Assembly: GCA_051313645.2 (NCBI GenBank)
Contig: JBNRSN020000002.1
Coordinates: forward strand, 562,898,001 to 562,962,000
Origin: Centroscyllium fabricii
Lineage: Eukaryota
Length of the DNA stretch: 64,000 nt
Direction of reading: 5' to 3'
Under the pieces are notes generated by a model. The model was not told the DNA's origin. It did no database searches and was given only the letters and a program-made list of their open reading frames with translations. Shown here piece after piece: positions 25,038 to 37,951 of this stretch (position 1 is the stretch's first letter; each line of letters opens with the position of its first letter). The translations under genes were made by a program, and so were the position numbers.

Positions 25038-25377
25038 TATTTGTATTGTGTTACTGTGCTTGATTTTTTCATCATGAGTGATTAAAAAGCACATTTAAAA
25101 ATTACTACAGCTACATATTTTCATGGAGATTAGGGCAGAATCTATTAATTTCATTTCTAAAAGGAAAATTAATTCTTGGTAAAGTGTAATTAGCTGTTCC
25201 AAGCCCAGCGGGCTAATATTTTAAAAAGTGTACGCACACTCCAGATGCTTTTCGCTCCACACACAATTCATGTTACCATTGGGTACATTTAGCTTGCTGA
25301 TAGCCACATGCTGTGGAATAATAAAGCCCAGGATGCTTCTTCACTCCATCACCTCACATTACTCCCACCACCCGTGT

Positions 25378-25762
25378 CATAGACACATAGAAGATAGGAG
25401 CAGGAGTCGGCCATTCAGCCCTTCAATGAGATCATGGCTGATCATCCAAACTCAGTACCCCGTCCCTGCCTTGTCCCCATATCCCTCGATCCCTCTCGAG
25501 CCTGCACCGACACATATCCCACCCTCGTCCCATAACCCCACATATTCAATCCCCCTAACACTAAGGGTCAATTTATCCTGGCCAATCAACCTAACCCGCA
25601 CATCTTTGGACTGTGGGAGGAAACCGGAGCACCCGGAGGAAACCCACGCGGACACGGGGAGAATGTGCAAACTCCACACAGATAGTCACCCGAGGCTGGA
25701 TTTGAACTCGGGCCCCTAGTGCTGTGAGGCAACAGTGCTAACCACTATGCCACCGTGCCGCC
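25378..25762 (-). mobile_element. HE1-type V-SINE
   Basis: Full head, V-domain and tail. Confidence 0.85.
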
Positions 25763-25847
25763 ATCAGTGTCAGACCTGTAACTATCGGTGTTGCACCTTG
25801 CTGTTGGGAAGCTCAACTCTCTTCAGCCTCAACTCAATTTTGGTGGA

Positions 25848-26212
25848 AGAGAAAGAAAGACTTACATTTATATAGCGCCTTTTATGACCACCGGATGTCT
25901 CAAAGTGCTTTACAGCCAATGAAGTACTTTAGAAGTGTAGTCACTGTTGTAATGTAGGAAACGAGGCTGCCAATTTGTGCATGGCAAGCTCCCACAAACA
26001 GCAATGTGATAATGACCCGATAATCTCTTTTTTTTGTGATGTTGATTGAGGGATAAATATTGGCCCCAGGACTCCCCCAGATCCTCTTCGAATTAGCGCC
26101 GTGGGATCTTTTGCGTCCACCCGAGAGAGCAGACGGGGCCTCGGTTTCACCTCTCACCCAAAAGACAGCACCTCTGACAGTGCGGCACTCCCTCAGCACT
26201 GCACTGGGAGTG
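25848..26212 (-). mobile_element. Deu-domain SINE, head missing
   Basis: Homology to 11863-12316. Confidence 0.75.
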
Positions 26213-26245
26213 GAGGTGGGTTCCCAAACACTCACAAGCAGCATG

Positions 26246-26959
26246 GGGGGAAAAATTCGGTAGCGCCCCGTTACCTCGGCAGTGCGCTACTTTTAGCACC
26301 CAGGAAGCGTTCGCGCTGCTCCTCCGGAAATTGGGTTTTAGCGTCCCAAGTAGGAGGTGTGGCGCTACTGCAGGCACCCCACCTCGTTCTTTAGGCGCTA
26401 CCACTCAATTTCAGCCGCTGTAGGTCGCTGCGCCACGCTCTGCCGGCACTTCAGGCCTTCTTCCCCTAATTAAAGGGGCGTGGCTGAGCGCGGCTCGGGC
26501 CGGAGCCCCGTTGGGCTGCCGGGGATCGCAGTGCCGCCAAAGGAGCCCGGCACTCGAGGGAAGTGCCGGGCTCACGGAGCACAGCCAGCCCTCCGCGAGG
26601 GGGCATCGGGGAAGGCCGGGGACGGCAGAGGGGGCAGGTGCTGGCAGGTGGCCAGCAAGAAAAATGGCCGCCCGGCACCCCCCCCTTTAATTATCGCTCC
26701 CCTGCTGCAAGTACGCCCCCCGACCCTGTCGTTTGCAGCGTCCGGCGGTACGGCAGCAGGCGCGACTGAAGTTTGCGGCCGTGGGCGCTGCGCACTTCGA
26801 TGATGTCATCTGTGGTGGCGTAGAGCCGCGGGGCGTTACCGGCTACCACCCCCACCAGCGCCCCACTGAATATCGTGGGAGGCGCCGGCCCAGGCTTGCG
26901 CCCCATTAGCAGCCCTCTTGGGGTGCTAACGGGAGGTGCAAGCAACCAAATTTTCCCCC
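26246..26959. mobile_element. GC/CpG-rich Harbinger-like MITE
   Basis: GGGGGAAAAATTCGGT / ACCAAATTTTCCCCC TIRs, 3-bp flanks ATG/GTG; recurrent TAGCGCC/GGCGCTA motifs. Confidence 0.7.
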
Positions 26960-27296
26960 GTGTTCTCTTGTGCAAGGTGCTAGAGGCTGCCAGCTGAGTC
27001 CTTGCCTTCAGGAAAGGAGATTCCTGCATGTTTCATGCAGAATAAGGTTTACGGCTGTAATACATGGGGCTGGATGCTGTTCACGGTCTGGTAACGTACT
27101 TCTCAGTGTCCTGTGGCAGTGAATGATGGTTTCACTGCCTGGTGTGGTGATTATTCAGACGAGCAGGAAATTGCAGTAACACTTGGCAATTATCACTTGG
27201 CAGTTAACGGCTGCAGACATCATTCTGGATTTGAGCTGAAAGCCGCCGTCCGTGCTTCGGATCATTTTCTCCCACACAGTAAACTGAATGTCTCCG

Positions 27297-28385
27297 AGTA
27301 CAGAAAATGCTGAAAACACTCAGCCGGTCGGGCAGCATCTGTGGAGAGGGAAACAGAGTTAACGGGCCAGAATTTCGGGTTTGCCGGTTGGTGGGCAACT
27401 AGGACCATGCAGAGCCCTTAAGAACCGCACCAACATCGCACTTTTTTTACTCCCAGCATTTCGGCTCGGCTCCGCCCCCTTCCTGCGCAACGTGGCAGTC
27501 CAGCCACGCTAGGAGCGCAGTGTATGCCCCGCCCACAGATTCCAAATTTAAATTAAAAAACGCTCACAGATCCCCAATTTAAATTTAAAAATGCGCACAG
27601 ATCCCGAGTCGGACCTTTGTGAGAGCAGGGACGTGAGGCGCTGCACTCACAGACTCGGCAGTGAGCAGCGCGGCCAGTCCAGCTTTTGACCGAAGGTAAG
27701 TCAGCGATTTTTTCTCTTTGTTTTTTAACTTCACTAAATTAGTTAAAAATGCCAGAACTCTAAATTAAAAAATTAGCGATTTGGATTAGGTATAACAATT
27801 CAAAATCGGATTTGTAAATTTTTTTTTAAAACTTTAACATCAAAATTTAATGATACCGATCTGGCCACATTACTCCCCAAAACTGTTAAAACTTAAAAGT
27901 AAAGGTAAAAAAGTAACTTACCTTGTTTAAGAACGTTTTTCTCTCCCTCACGCACGAGTTACTGCAGCTTTTCTGAAGTGCATCTCAAGGCTCCGTTGCC
28001 CACGGAATCACGCAGCAAACTGACCCTTTTGCACCGGAAATCTTGGGTGCAACTCACTCCTGCGTTTGATGCTGAGGGCCCTTCTCCCTCAGCATCGGAA
28101 ATCTCGGACCCGTGGGCATCTCCCGTGCGTTCATCGCACGGGGCATTTCGTCCGTGGGCATCTGGTTTGAGGCACCCGAAATTCTGGCCCGCGTTTCAGG
28201 TCAGCGACCCTTCGTCAGAACCGGAAGGTGTGAAGAGATGGAATATCTTCCGGTTCTGCTGAGAGATTATCGACCTGAAACGTTAACTCTGTTTCTCTCT
28301 CCACAGTTGCTGCCCGACCGGCGGAGTGTCTCCAGCATTTTTCTCTCTTCATTTCAGATTTCCAGCATCCGCAGTATTTTACTTA
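27297..28385. mobile_element. Inverted PLE pseudo-LTR pair (second PLE family) split by a MITE
   Basis: 27297-27363 plus 28191-28227 is the reverse complement of 28247-28345; minus strand reads GTTCTGACGAAGGGTCGCTGACCTGAAAC. Confidence 0.65.
27364..28190. mobile_element. Harbinger-like MITE (GC-rich ends, AT-rich core)
   Basis: 17-bp perfect TIR GGGCCAGAATTTCGGGT / ACCCGAAATTCTGGCCC. Confidence 0.75.
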
Positions 28386-28639
28386 AGTACAGGGCCAGCG
28401 AAAAGGGGGCAGGGAAAGGGCCGAAGGAGAAGGTCTGTGATGTGATGGATGGCAGCAGTGATTTAATGACAAAGGTGATGATGGTGCGAGGCAAAAGGAG
28501 GTGATGATGAGACAAGTATAACACCAAAAGATGGGTCCAGAGGAGGTATAAATGGTTGTAACAGAATAGCAAAGGGAGAGGGAAGCATGGAAAATGTTGG
28601 AAAGGGAAGGCTCCAGTGGCCTGGGAATGTGGTGAAAGA

Positions 28640-30228
28640 AGGGAGCTCATGGGAACAGGAGTAGTCCATTCAGCCCCTCGAGCCATTCAAGGAGATCATG
28701 GCTGATGACTCATGGAAGAAGATAGGAGCAGGAGTCGGCCATTCGGCCCCTCGAGCCTGCTCCGCCATTCGATGAGATCATGGCTGATCATCCAAACTCA
28801 GCACCCCATACCTGCCCTCTCCCCATATCCCTCGATCCCATTAGCCTTTAGAAACATTGAAACTAGGAGCAGGAGTAGGCCATTCGGCCCTTCGAGCCTG
28901 CTCCGCCATTCAATGAGATCATGGCTGATCATCCAAACCCAGCACCCCGTCCCTGCCCACTCCCCATATCGCTCGATCCCTATCAAGCCTACATCGACAC
29001 ATATCCCACCCTATCACTGTAACCCCACATATTTAATCCCCCTAACACTAAGGGTCAATTTATCATGGCCAATCAACCTAACCCGCACATCTTTGGACTG
29101 TGGGGGGAAACCGGAGCACCCGGAGGAAACCCACGCAGACACGGGGAGAATGTGCAAACTCCACACAGATAGTACCCGAGGCTGGATTTGAACCCGGGTC
29201 TCCAATGCTGTGAGACAACAGTGCTAACCACTGTGCCACCGTGCCGCACAGTGGTTAGCACTGTTGTCTCACAGCACTCCTTCTTGAATATATTTAATGA
29301 ATTGGCCTCCACTGCCTTCTGTGGTAGAGAATTCCACAGGTTCACCACTCTCTGGGTGAAGAAATTCCTCCTCATCTCTGTCCTAAATGGCTTACCCCTT
29401 ATTCTTAGACTGTGATCCCTGGTTCTGGACTCTGCGACCATCGGGAACATCCTTCCGGCATCTAGTTTGTCCAGACCTGTTGTAATTTTATAAGTTTCGA
29501 TGCGATCCCCTCTCATTCGCATAGTGGCATAGTGGTTAGCACTGTTGTCTTACAGCACTAGAGATCCGGGTTCAAATCCAGCCTCGGGTACTATCTGTGT
29601 GGAGTTTGCACATTCTCCCCGTGTCTGCGTGGGTTTCCTCCGGGTGCTCCGGTTTCCTCCCACAGTCCAAAGATGTGCGGGTTAGGTTGATTGGCCATGA
29701 AAAATTGACCCTTAGTGTTAGGGGGATTGAATATGTGGCGTTACGGGGATAGGGTGGGATATGTGTCGGTGCAGGCTCGATAGGGATCGAGGGATATGGG
29801 GACAAGGCAGGGGCGGGTTGCTGGGTTTGGATGATCAGCCATGATCTCATTGAATGGCGGAGCAGGCTCGAAGGGCCGAATGGCCTACTCCTGCTCCTAT
29901 CTTCTATGTTTCTATTCTTCTAAACTCCAGTGAGTATAAGCCCAATCGACCCAATCTCTCATACGTCATTCCTGCCATCCCAGGTATCAGTCTGGTGAAT
30001 CTTCACTGCACTCCCTCCGTGGCAAGAACACCCTTCCTCAGATAAGGCGACCAAAACTGCACACAGTACTCATGGTGTGGTCTCACCAAGGCCCTGTACA
30101 ACTGCAGCAAGACATCCTCGACTCCTGAAAGGTCTGGCTCTAATTTTTAGACTCTGTCCCCTAGTCCTAGAATCCCCAACCAGCGGAAATAGTTTTTCTC
30201 TACCCTATCAGTTCCCCTTAATATCTTG
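28640..30228. mobile_element. Nested CR1 (-) with two opposing HE1 SINEs (28848-29245 -, 29520-29913 +)
   Basis: CR1 ORF2 pieces at 29277-29518 and 29914-30120 join across the SINEs. Confidence 0.8.
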
Positions 30229-31817
30229 ATGCAAATGTCAGAGTTGAAGTTTGTTTTCACTTGTGGTGAGGACACTGATAATTCACTCATGCCAACAGTG
30301 CTTTGTTGGCTTTTGGTTTTCTACGTTTGTTCAAGGACAGTTTAGCTGATGTAGAGACATTGGATACACACCAACAGAGCTACTTAGTGGAAGGAGAAAT
30401 GCCTCACACAACGACATGTTTTTTAAAACTTGCTCATGGGATGGATTGGCCATGATAAATTGATCCTTAGTGTTAGGGGGATTAAATATGTGGGGTATAC
30501 GGGGATAGGGTGGGATATGTGTCGGTGCAGGCTCGATGGGCCGAAATGGCCTCTACCTGCACTGTAGGGATTCTATGATGTGGGCGTCGCTGGCAAGGCC
30601 AACATTTATTGCCCATCCCTAATTGCCCTTGAGAAGGTGGTGGTGAGCCGCCTTCTTGAACTGCTGCAGTCCGTGTGGTGAAGGTGCTCCCACACGGCTC
30701 TGTTAGGGAGGGAGTTCCAGGGTTTTGACCCAGCGACAATGAAGGAATGGCCGATATATTTCCAAGTCAGGATGGCGCGTGACTTGGAGGGGAACTTGGA
30801 GGTGGTGATGTTCCCATGCGTCTGCTGCCCTTTTCCTTCTAGGTGGAAGAGGTCGTGGGTTTGGGAGATTGGGAGAAGCTGTTAAAGATGTAAACGCGCC
30901 ATTGGTGTTGTGCAGCAGTGAAGTTGACACAGCTTAATATTTTCAAAGTAAGCTGATTCTCAATTTGAATACTTCAAAAAATAAAAGGTTGTTTTGAAAC
31001 ACATGCTGGTGGGAACTCTGCAAAGTAGGAGTGTGGAGTTTGCACATTCTCCCCGTGTCTGCGTGGGTTTCCTCCGGGTGCTCCGGTTTCCTCCCGCAGT
31101 CCAAAGATGTGCGGGTTAGGTTGATTGGCCAGGATAAATTGACCCTTAGTGTTAGGGGGATTGAATATGTGGGGTTACGGGGATAGAGTGGGATGTGTGT
31201 CGGTGCATGTTCGATAGGGATATGGGGAGAGGGCAGGGACGTGATACTGGGTTTGGATGATCAGCCATGATCTCATTGAATGGCGGAGCAGGCTCGAAGG
31301 GCCGAATGGCCGACTCCTGCTCCTATTTTCTATGTTTCTATGTATCAATTTGATGGTCTTAGAATTTAGCTCAGTCGGTAGCACTCTCGCGTCTGAGCCA
31401 GAAGGCTGTAGGATCAACCACACTCCAGTGCTTGATCACATAATCCAGCCTAACATCTCAATCTCCATTGTCAGAGGTGCCATCTTTCAGATGAACCTTT
31501 AAACCGAGGTCCCTTCTGCCTGTTCAGCTGCAAATTGAAACCTAGAAAAATAGGAGCAGCATTCGGCCCTTCGCGCCTGCTCCGCCATTCAATATTGTAA
31601 TCTATATAACTGAGCCAATGGCAGGCACTGTTCCAGTGGAGCCAATGGGAGGCTCTGTTCTATATAACAGACCACATGATTTGTATCATCAGTACTGCAG
31701 TTCCGGTTAACCAGTCAAGACCTCTTGAAGTTACTCTCAGTCTCTGCTGCTTAATTATTTTTATGTAGTTGTGTAGAAAGGTACAAACACAACAAATATG
31801 ATCATGGGTGATCCTCT

Positions 31818-32624
31818 GGGGGGGATTTTCGCAAAGGTGTGGGAAGCGGGTGGGTTTTGGGCATGTCAGTTTTCTGACACGAATGTTTGAGGGCCTGGGA
31901 ACCCCACGCAATTTTGGCTTAATTGGCCAATTAATTGCCTGCGTGTGGGAAGGCCCTGTCAATGCACAATTTACAGTCGGAAAGCAGCAGCCTGCAGATG
32001 ACAGTCGGAGGCTTGATTGGCAGTTCTAGGGACTGTGTGTTGTTAGTTTCTATCGAAACAGTCCATTGTGACATCACAATGGGGTGCAACCAATCTCAAA
32101 GCCCAAGTGGGTTGAGTGACGGGCCTAAAGACACGCAGCAAAGCTTTCACAGTGAGGGGCCGTCTCTCTATGAAGCATTGCAGCATCTGTCAAGGTGAGT
32201 CTTTTCAGTGTTTTCTCCACAGCTGGTCTTCACCCAAAGGAGTCACTTACACATCCAGGGTGTTGAAGGCCTGGAAGGCATTCCTTCAATGCCTTGAGGG
32301 TGCAAGTGACCAAGCCGACTGAAATCCCGCTAGCTTTCACTGGCGGGGTTTCAGGATGGCAGGAAATGGGTGGGAAGGACTTAAAAATCATAAGGGGCCC
32401 TTAAAATGGGATTACCCATCTCAGTTAAGGGCCCCTAATTACCTCAATAATCAACCCCGCCAGTGGCGGGTGGGAAAGATTCGGGTTGGCTGGACACGCC
32501 TCCCGAAAACCGCAAAGCGAAGCGGATTCGGCAGATGGGGTCGGGACCCCGCCCCCCGGTTTTGGGATTTTATGCCCCGCCCCGCCGGAAACCCGCCCCC
32601 GCGGCCCGAGGAAAATCCCCCCCC
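31818..32624. mobile_element. Harbinger-like MITE
   Basis: GGGGGGGATTTTC / GAAAATCCCCCCCC TIRs with 3-bp TSD TCT. Confidence 0.75.
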
Positions 32625-33469
32625 TCTATCTTAATACCATATTCCTGCTCTTTCCCCATGCCCCTTGACGCCATTTTGCATCAGGAAATCTATCTACCTC
32701 CTTCTTAAATATATTCAGTGACTTGGCCTCTGTGGTAGAGAATTCCATAGGTTCACCACCATCTGAAGAAATTTCTGCTCCTCTCCGTCCTAAATGTCCT
32801 ACCTCGTATCCTGAGACTGTGACCCCCTCGTAATTAAAAGATCTGTTCAAAGGTGGTCAGGGGGTTCTCTCGGTATTCTAGCCAACATTTATCTCTCAAA
32901 CCAACAGCGCCAGAAAAATATCGAACTGGTCATTGGTTCCATTTGTTGTTTCTGGGACCTCTCTGTGCACGGATTGGCGACTGGTGTACCTTTATAACGC
33001 TGGTGACTCATTGATTGTGAATGGCATTGGGACATACTGAGGGCATGATAAGGCAATGTATAAATGCTAGTTACAATCGCAAAATGCGACGGATGCTGGA
33101 AATCTGAAATAACAACAGAAAACGATGGGAACATTCCACGGGTCAGGCAGCATCCGTGGAGGGAGAAACAGACTTAACATCTGTCCTCGATGCTGCCTGA
33201 CCTGCTGAGTGTTTCCAGCATTTTCTGTTGTTATTTTATAAATGCAGGTTCTTTGTTAAGATGCTGAGAGGTTGTTTCCCCTGCCTGGGGAGTCGAGAAC
33301 TAGAGGACACAGTCTCCGGATAAGGGGTTGGTCATTTAGGACTGAGATGAGTAGAAATGTCTTCCCTCAGAGGGTGGTGAATCTTTGGAACTCTCTGCCC
33401 CAGGGGGCTGTGAATGCTCAGTCATTGAGTATCTTCAAGGCTGAGATCGATAGATTTTTGAACTTTAAA

Positions 33470-33944
33470 AAAAAATTATTCATTGATGGAATGTGGGCGT
33501 CGCTGGCTGGCTCGGCCTGCATTTAGTGCCCATCGCTAATTGCCCTCGAGAAGATGGTGGTGAGCCACCTTCTTGAACTGCTGCAGTCTTACTGTTTTTC
33601 GTAGTGGTTGTTTACAACTGAGTGGCTTACTGGGCCATTTCAGAGGGCATTAAGAGTCAACCACATTGCTGTGGGTCTGGAGTCACATGTAGGCCAGACC
33701 AGGTAAGGACGGCAGATTTCCTTCCCTAAAGGACATCAGTGAACCAGATGGGTTTTTGCAACAATTGACAATGGTATCATGGTCGACATTACTAAGACTA
33801 ACATTTAATTCCAGAATTAAATTGAATTGAATTTAAATTCCACCAGCTGCCGTGGTGGGATTTGAACCCATATCCTCAGAGCGTTTGACTGAGCCTCTGG
33901 CTTACTAGTCTAGTGACATAACCATTACGCCACCGCCTCCCCCT
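33470..33944 (-). mobile_element. tRNA-derived SINE (second family), inserted in CR1
   Basis: Reverse complement of 19412-19900. Confidence 0.8.
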
Positions 33945-34048
33945 AGGGGAATCGAGGGATATGGGGATCGGGCAGGAAAGTGGAGATGAGGTCGGAGATA
34001 AGCCGGGATCTCATTGAATGGCGGAGCAGGCTCGAGGGGCCGTGTGGC

Positions 34049-34314
34049 TGAGATGCCTCAAATCAAAGACGGCAGCGAGTTCTTAAATAAGTGGCTTTTA
34101 TTCACAAGGAACTGAACCGTGTCCCCGATGAGCCCGCCCGGAATGAGAGATAAGTGGGTGGAGCATTCTCCTTTATACTAGTACCCAGAGGCGGGGTCAG
34201 CCGGTACAGGTCCTTCCAGAAAGGTACAGATATTAACAGATATATAACAAACACATGAAACAAAACTATATACAATAACCGTACAGTGTGAACCACACCA
34301 GAAGGTTCATCACA
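34049..34314 (-). mobile_element. Solo LTR
   Basis: TG...CA, TSD GTGGC/ATGGC, near-identical to 13666-14183. Confidence 0.8.
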
Positions 34315-34699
34315 ATGGCCGACTCCTGCTGTGATTTCTTATGCTCTTTCTTTCATCCTGCAGTATGAAAGCTGTCTCACCCAGAAAGTTGAGCATAATC
34401 GCTGCTACTTCGTAGTTTCGGAGGTAGCGAGAGTTCCTTCAGTGCTGCTCAACAGTGCTCCAATCAGTCCCAAATATTGCTGCAATATTTGCATCATATC
34501 AACACAACCTATGGCTTATCGTAAAACGACAACGGAAAATGCTGGAAACACCCGGGCTTAAATTACCCCCAAGTGTTTCAGGTGAAGCGTTAACCCTACG
34601 CTGCCCCCTCCGCAGATGCTGCCTGTGAAGCCTTGGGACGTTTTACTCCGTTAAAGGCGCTGTGTAGATGCAAGTTGTCGGCCTCTTGCATTATTCCAC

Positions 34700-35267
34700 G
34701 GAAGCTCAGCGTAAGCTCGAGGAACAGCTCCTCATCTTCCGATTGGGCACTTTGCAGTCTTCCGGACTTAATATCGAGTTCAACAATTTCAGATCATAAA
34801 CTCAAAATATATATTTTTATATATTTTTTATCCACACCTTTGGTTTGTGCCTTTTCCTTTATTTTTCTCTCCCACAGGGCAGCTGTCTCTCACTCTGCCA
34901 GCGCGTTTCACACTTCATCTCGAGCCGTCCTTTGTCTATTTACCCGTCCTATCACCATCTCGTCTCATCTCGAATATCTCTCAATGTCTCTTCACCTCTC
35001 ACAGACCTTCCCTTTTGTTCTTTCATCCCCTCCCCCGTTTCCCAGCCCCCAAACTTGCCTTTTAATCTGTTTCATTTTCTGCTTTTTTCTCAGTTTTGAC
35101 GAAGGGTTTCGACCCGAAACGTTGACTCTGTTTCTCTCTCCACGGATGTTGCCTGGCCTGCTGAGGTTTTCCAGCGTTTTCTGTTGTTATTTTGTTGCCT
35201 TTATTGTTGCCTGACCTGCTGAGCGTTTTTCTGTTTCTATTTCAAATTTCCAGCGTCTACAGTATTT
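34700..35267 (+). mobile_element. PLE 3' end (endonuclease C-terminus plus pseudo-LTR with degenerate hammerhead)
   Basis: RKLEEQLLIFRLGTLQSSGLNIEFNNF; 35092-35127 AGTT-TTGACGA-A-GGGT-TTCG-ACCC-GAAA-CGTT-GACT. Confidence 0.7.
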
Positions 35268-35520
35268 TAGAAACATAGAAACATAGAAACTAGGAGCAGG
35301 AGTAGGCCATTTGGCCCTTCGAGCCTGCTCCGCCATTCAATGAGATCATGGCTGATCATCCAAACCCAGCACCCTGTCCCTGCCCTCTCCCCATATCCCT
35401 CGATCCCTATCGAGCCTGCACCGACACATATCCCACCCTATCCCCGTAACCCCACACATTTAATCCCCCTAACACTAAGGGTCAATTTATCCTGGCCAAT
35501 CAACCTTCCCCGCACATCTT
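35268..35520 (-). mobile_element. HE1-type SINE 3' half
   Basis: Shared tail and body. Confidence 0.8.
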
Positions 35521-35901
35521 TATATTTTACTTTATATTTCCCCCGCATCCCGCCACCCCCTTATTTTTCAAGGCGCTGTCGGGGTTATTGCGTCAGGCGA
35601 ATGGTTTGGGTGTTGAGATGCGATGCAACTGCCTGAGGTCAGTGGTGTTTACGCTGCTGCAGACTTTGGACCGAGGAATGCAGCCAGGCAGGTGCCCGGG
35701 GCGCTTATCAATGCACTGAAAGCACGTCAACATTCTGATGCTTCACGGAGGCGCGCTCTATAAAGCAAGGACAAGAGGCTGCCGTCATTTCAGTCCTGTG
35801 TTTACCACTTGGTATCGCACTGGGTGTGTGTGTCCTGTGCGAGGAGACTGGGGCGAGTCTTGACATCGGCAGAGGAGAGGGGGCGTGCGAGATTGCCAAT
35901 A

Positions 35902-36579
35902 CAGGTTGAGCACCGCTAATCCGGTAACCAAAAAGCCGGCAACTTCGGTCGTCCGGCATAAAATGCCCTGGCGGTCCTGCGCATGCGCAAAGTGGCTGCC
36001 ACGGTCGATGCTTAGGCGAATGATCTGCGCCTGCGCCACCGAACGGCGAGCGCATGCGCAAATCATTCAAACGGCCACCGGAAGTTTTGAATGATCTGCG
36101 CATGCGCCGCCGAACGGCGAGCGCATGCGCAGATCATTCAAACGGCCACCGGAGGCTGGACCGACCTTTGCCTCCTCATTCGTGCGCCGCCGAACGGCAA
36201 GGATCTGTTGCTCGCTCCGGCCTCACTCCCTCAGCGCTGCCCGGTACCGCGCTCTACTAACTTGTTAGTGCTGTGCTGGGCCTGCAGCCTGGGCCTTAAT
36301 TTATGGTTGTGTGCCGGGGTGGGGTGGGGGTAGAGTCCCATCCTGTCTGCCTGTTGAGTCGAGCCGAGCCGAGGGATCTTTGCACGGCGGGTTCTGGGCG
36401 GCTGCAGCTACACCGCAGGTGATCAAAACTTCCGGGGGTCATTTCCAATGTTGTGCGCATGCGCGCGGCCATTTTGAATGGCGCGCGCATGCGCACTGGC
36501 CGACTTAATTCTCCCGTTTTTATCGGTATACCAGCCCAGGCCTAGTCCCGCCCGTGCCGAATTAACGGTGCTCAACCTG
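35902..36579. mobile_element. Tigger/pogo-like MITE
   Basis: TA|CAGGTTGAGCACCGCTAATCCGG ... GAATTAACGGTGCTCAACCTG|TA; six GCGCATGCGC motifs; internal duplication at about 36018-36152. Confidence 0.85.
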
Positions 36580-37192
36580 TACAAGAAAAGACATCAAGCA
36601 TGAATTCAAATAACTGCAGCTTAAAACAGACCTGTGTCACTCCGAGAAAAACAGGTGACTGGGCTTGGCACAAACCTGAAATTGAGATCAAATCACCACA
36701 TTGGGGCAGGGCAGGCTAAGGGTTCTGTCGGAGCAATTTCATCGAATCAGAGAATGGTTACAGCACAGAAGGAGGCCATTTGGCCCATCGAGCCCGTGCC
36801 GGTTCTCTGCAAGAGCAACTCAGACCTACGTTACCTCTAGACTCGAATGTTCCAATGCTCTCCTGGCTGGCTTCCTATAATTTGGGGCTGAACAAACAAA
36901 ACCAGCATTACAAATAACACATTTGCGTCACACTCTTTGTACTGATTCATGCTGAAAGAGCTAAAAAATGTTTAACTTATCCCATGTTTTTGGCAGTACA
37001 TGTACGAGCGTGTCTGGGCCCCAAGCTCTGGAATTCCCTCCATAAACCTCTCGGCCTCGCTACCTCTCTCTCCTCCTTTCAGACCCTCGTTAAAACCGAC
37101 CTCTTTGACCAAGCCTTTGATCATCTGTCCTAATATCTCCTTATGTGGCTCGGTGTCAAACTTTGTTTGGTAATCGCTCCTGTAAACATATG

Positions 37193-37951
37193 GGGCCAGA
37201 GCTCCCGATGAGCGCAGGAGGTTTTCAAGCCGGGTGTTAGCGCACCCGAGCTCCGAATCGCAGGGAGCTCCGTTTCCAGCTGTTACCTGCATTTCCGAAG
37301 GCAGCCAGCGGGGGATCGCGAGCTGCTGCGAGCTGGATTGCATTCGCCTGCGCACCAGGAGGTGCGCAGTGCACTTCCGATTTTTTTGCGAGTTTTTTAT
37401 CGGGGTAAGTATTTAAGATTTTACACTTAAAAATATCAGATGTAAACACCCGTTTTTAGCAGGTAAGTCTTTATTTTATAGAATTTAAGTATTTTTACAG
37501 ATTTTTAATTTTTTTTAAACTTTAAAGACAGGTAAGTATTCTTTTAGGCCAGTTAAAGATTTTTAAAAAAAATTCTAAATTTTTATTTTTTCTTTAAAAT
37601 CGGTAATTTATGTTAGTTAGAGTATTGTTAAAAAAAGTGGTGTTTTTTTAATTTTATTTTTGTGTTTAGATGTGTTTTTGAAGCTCTTCCTTTCAAAACT
37701 TACACAGATTTCTCCGTGTCAGTTTTGAATGGAGGATTGCTTCCATTGATTGGCTCCCTGCCGATCACGTGGTCTCGTGCGATATCTCGCGCTAACTGCG
37801 CCGTTGAGTTACACCAGCAGGGCGCTTAGAACTTTCAGCTGCTGTACACTCGGGAGTTCACATCGTAGAATTTCAAAACGGCAAAAGTGCCGGGTAAGTG
37901 TAACTTGGAGCCTTGCACTCGCACGAAGGCTCCAAGGCTAATTTCTGGGCC
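37193..37951. mobile_element. Harbinger-like MITE (AT-rich core family)
   Basis: GGGCCAGA / TCTGGGCC ends; colinear with 41088-41834 and inverted relative to 55814-56565. Confidence 0.7.

Noticed and set aside
26246-26959. CpG island as the NDST2 promoter
   Set aside because: Bounded by TIRs and 3-bp flanks, so better explained as a MITE; no evidence of a first exon.
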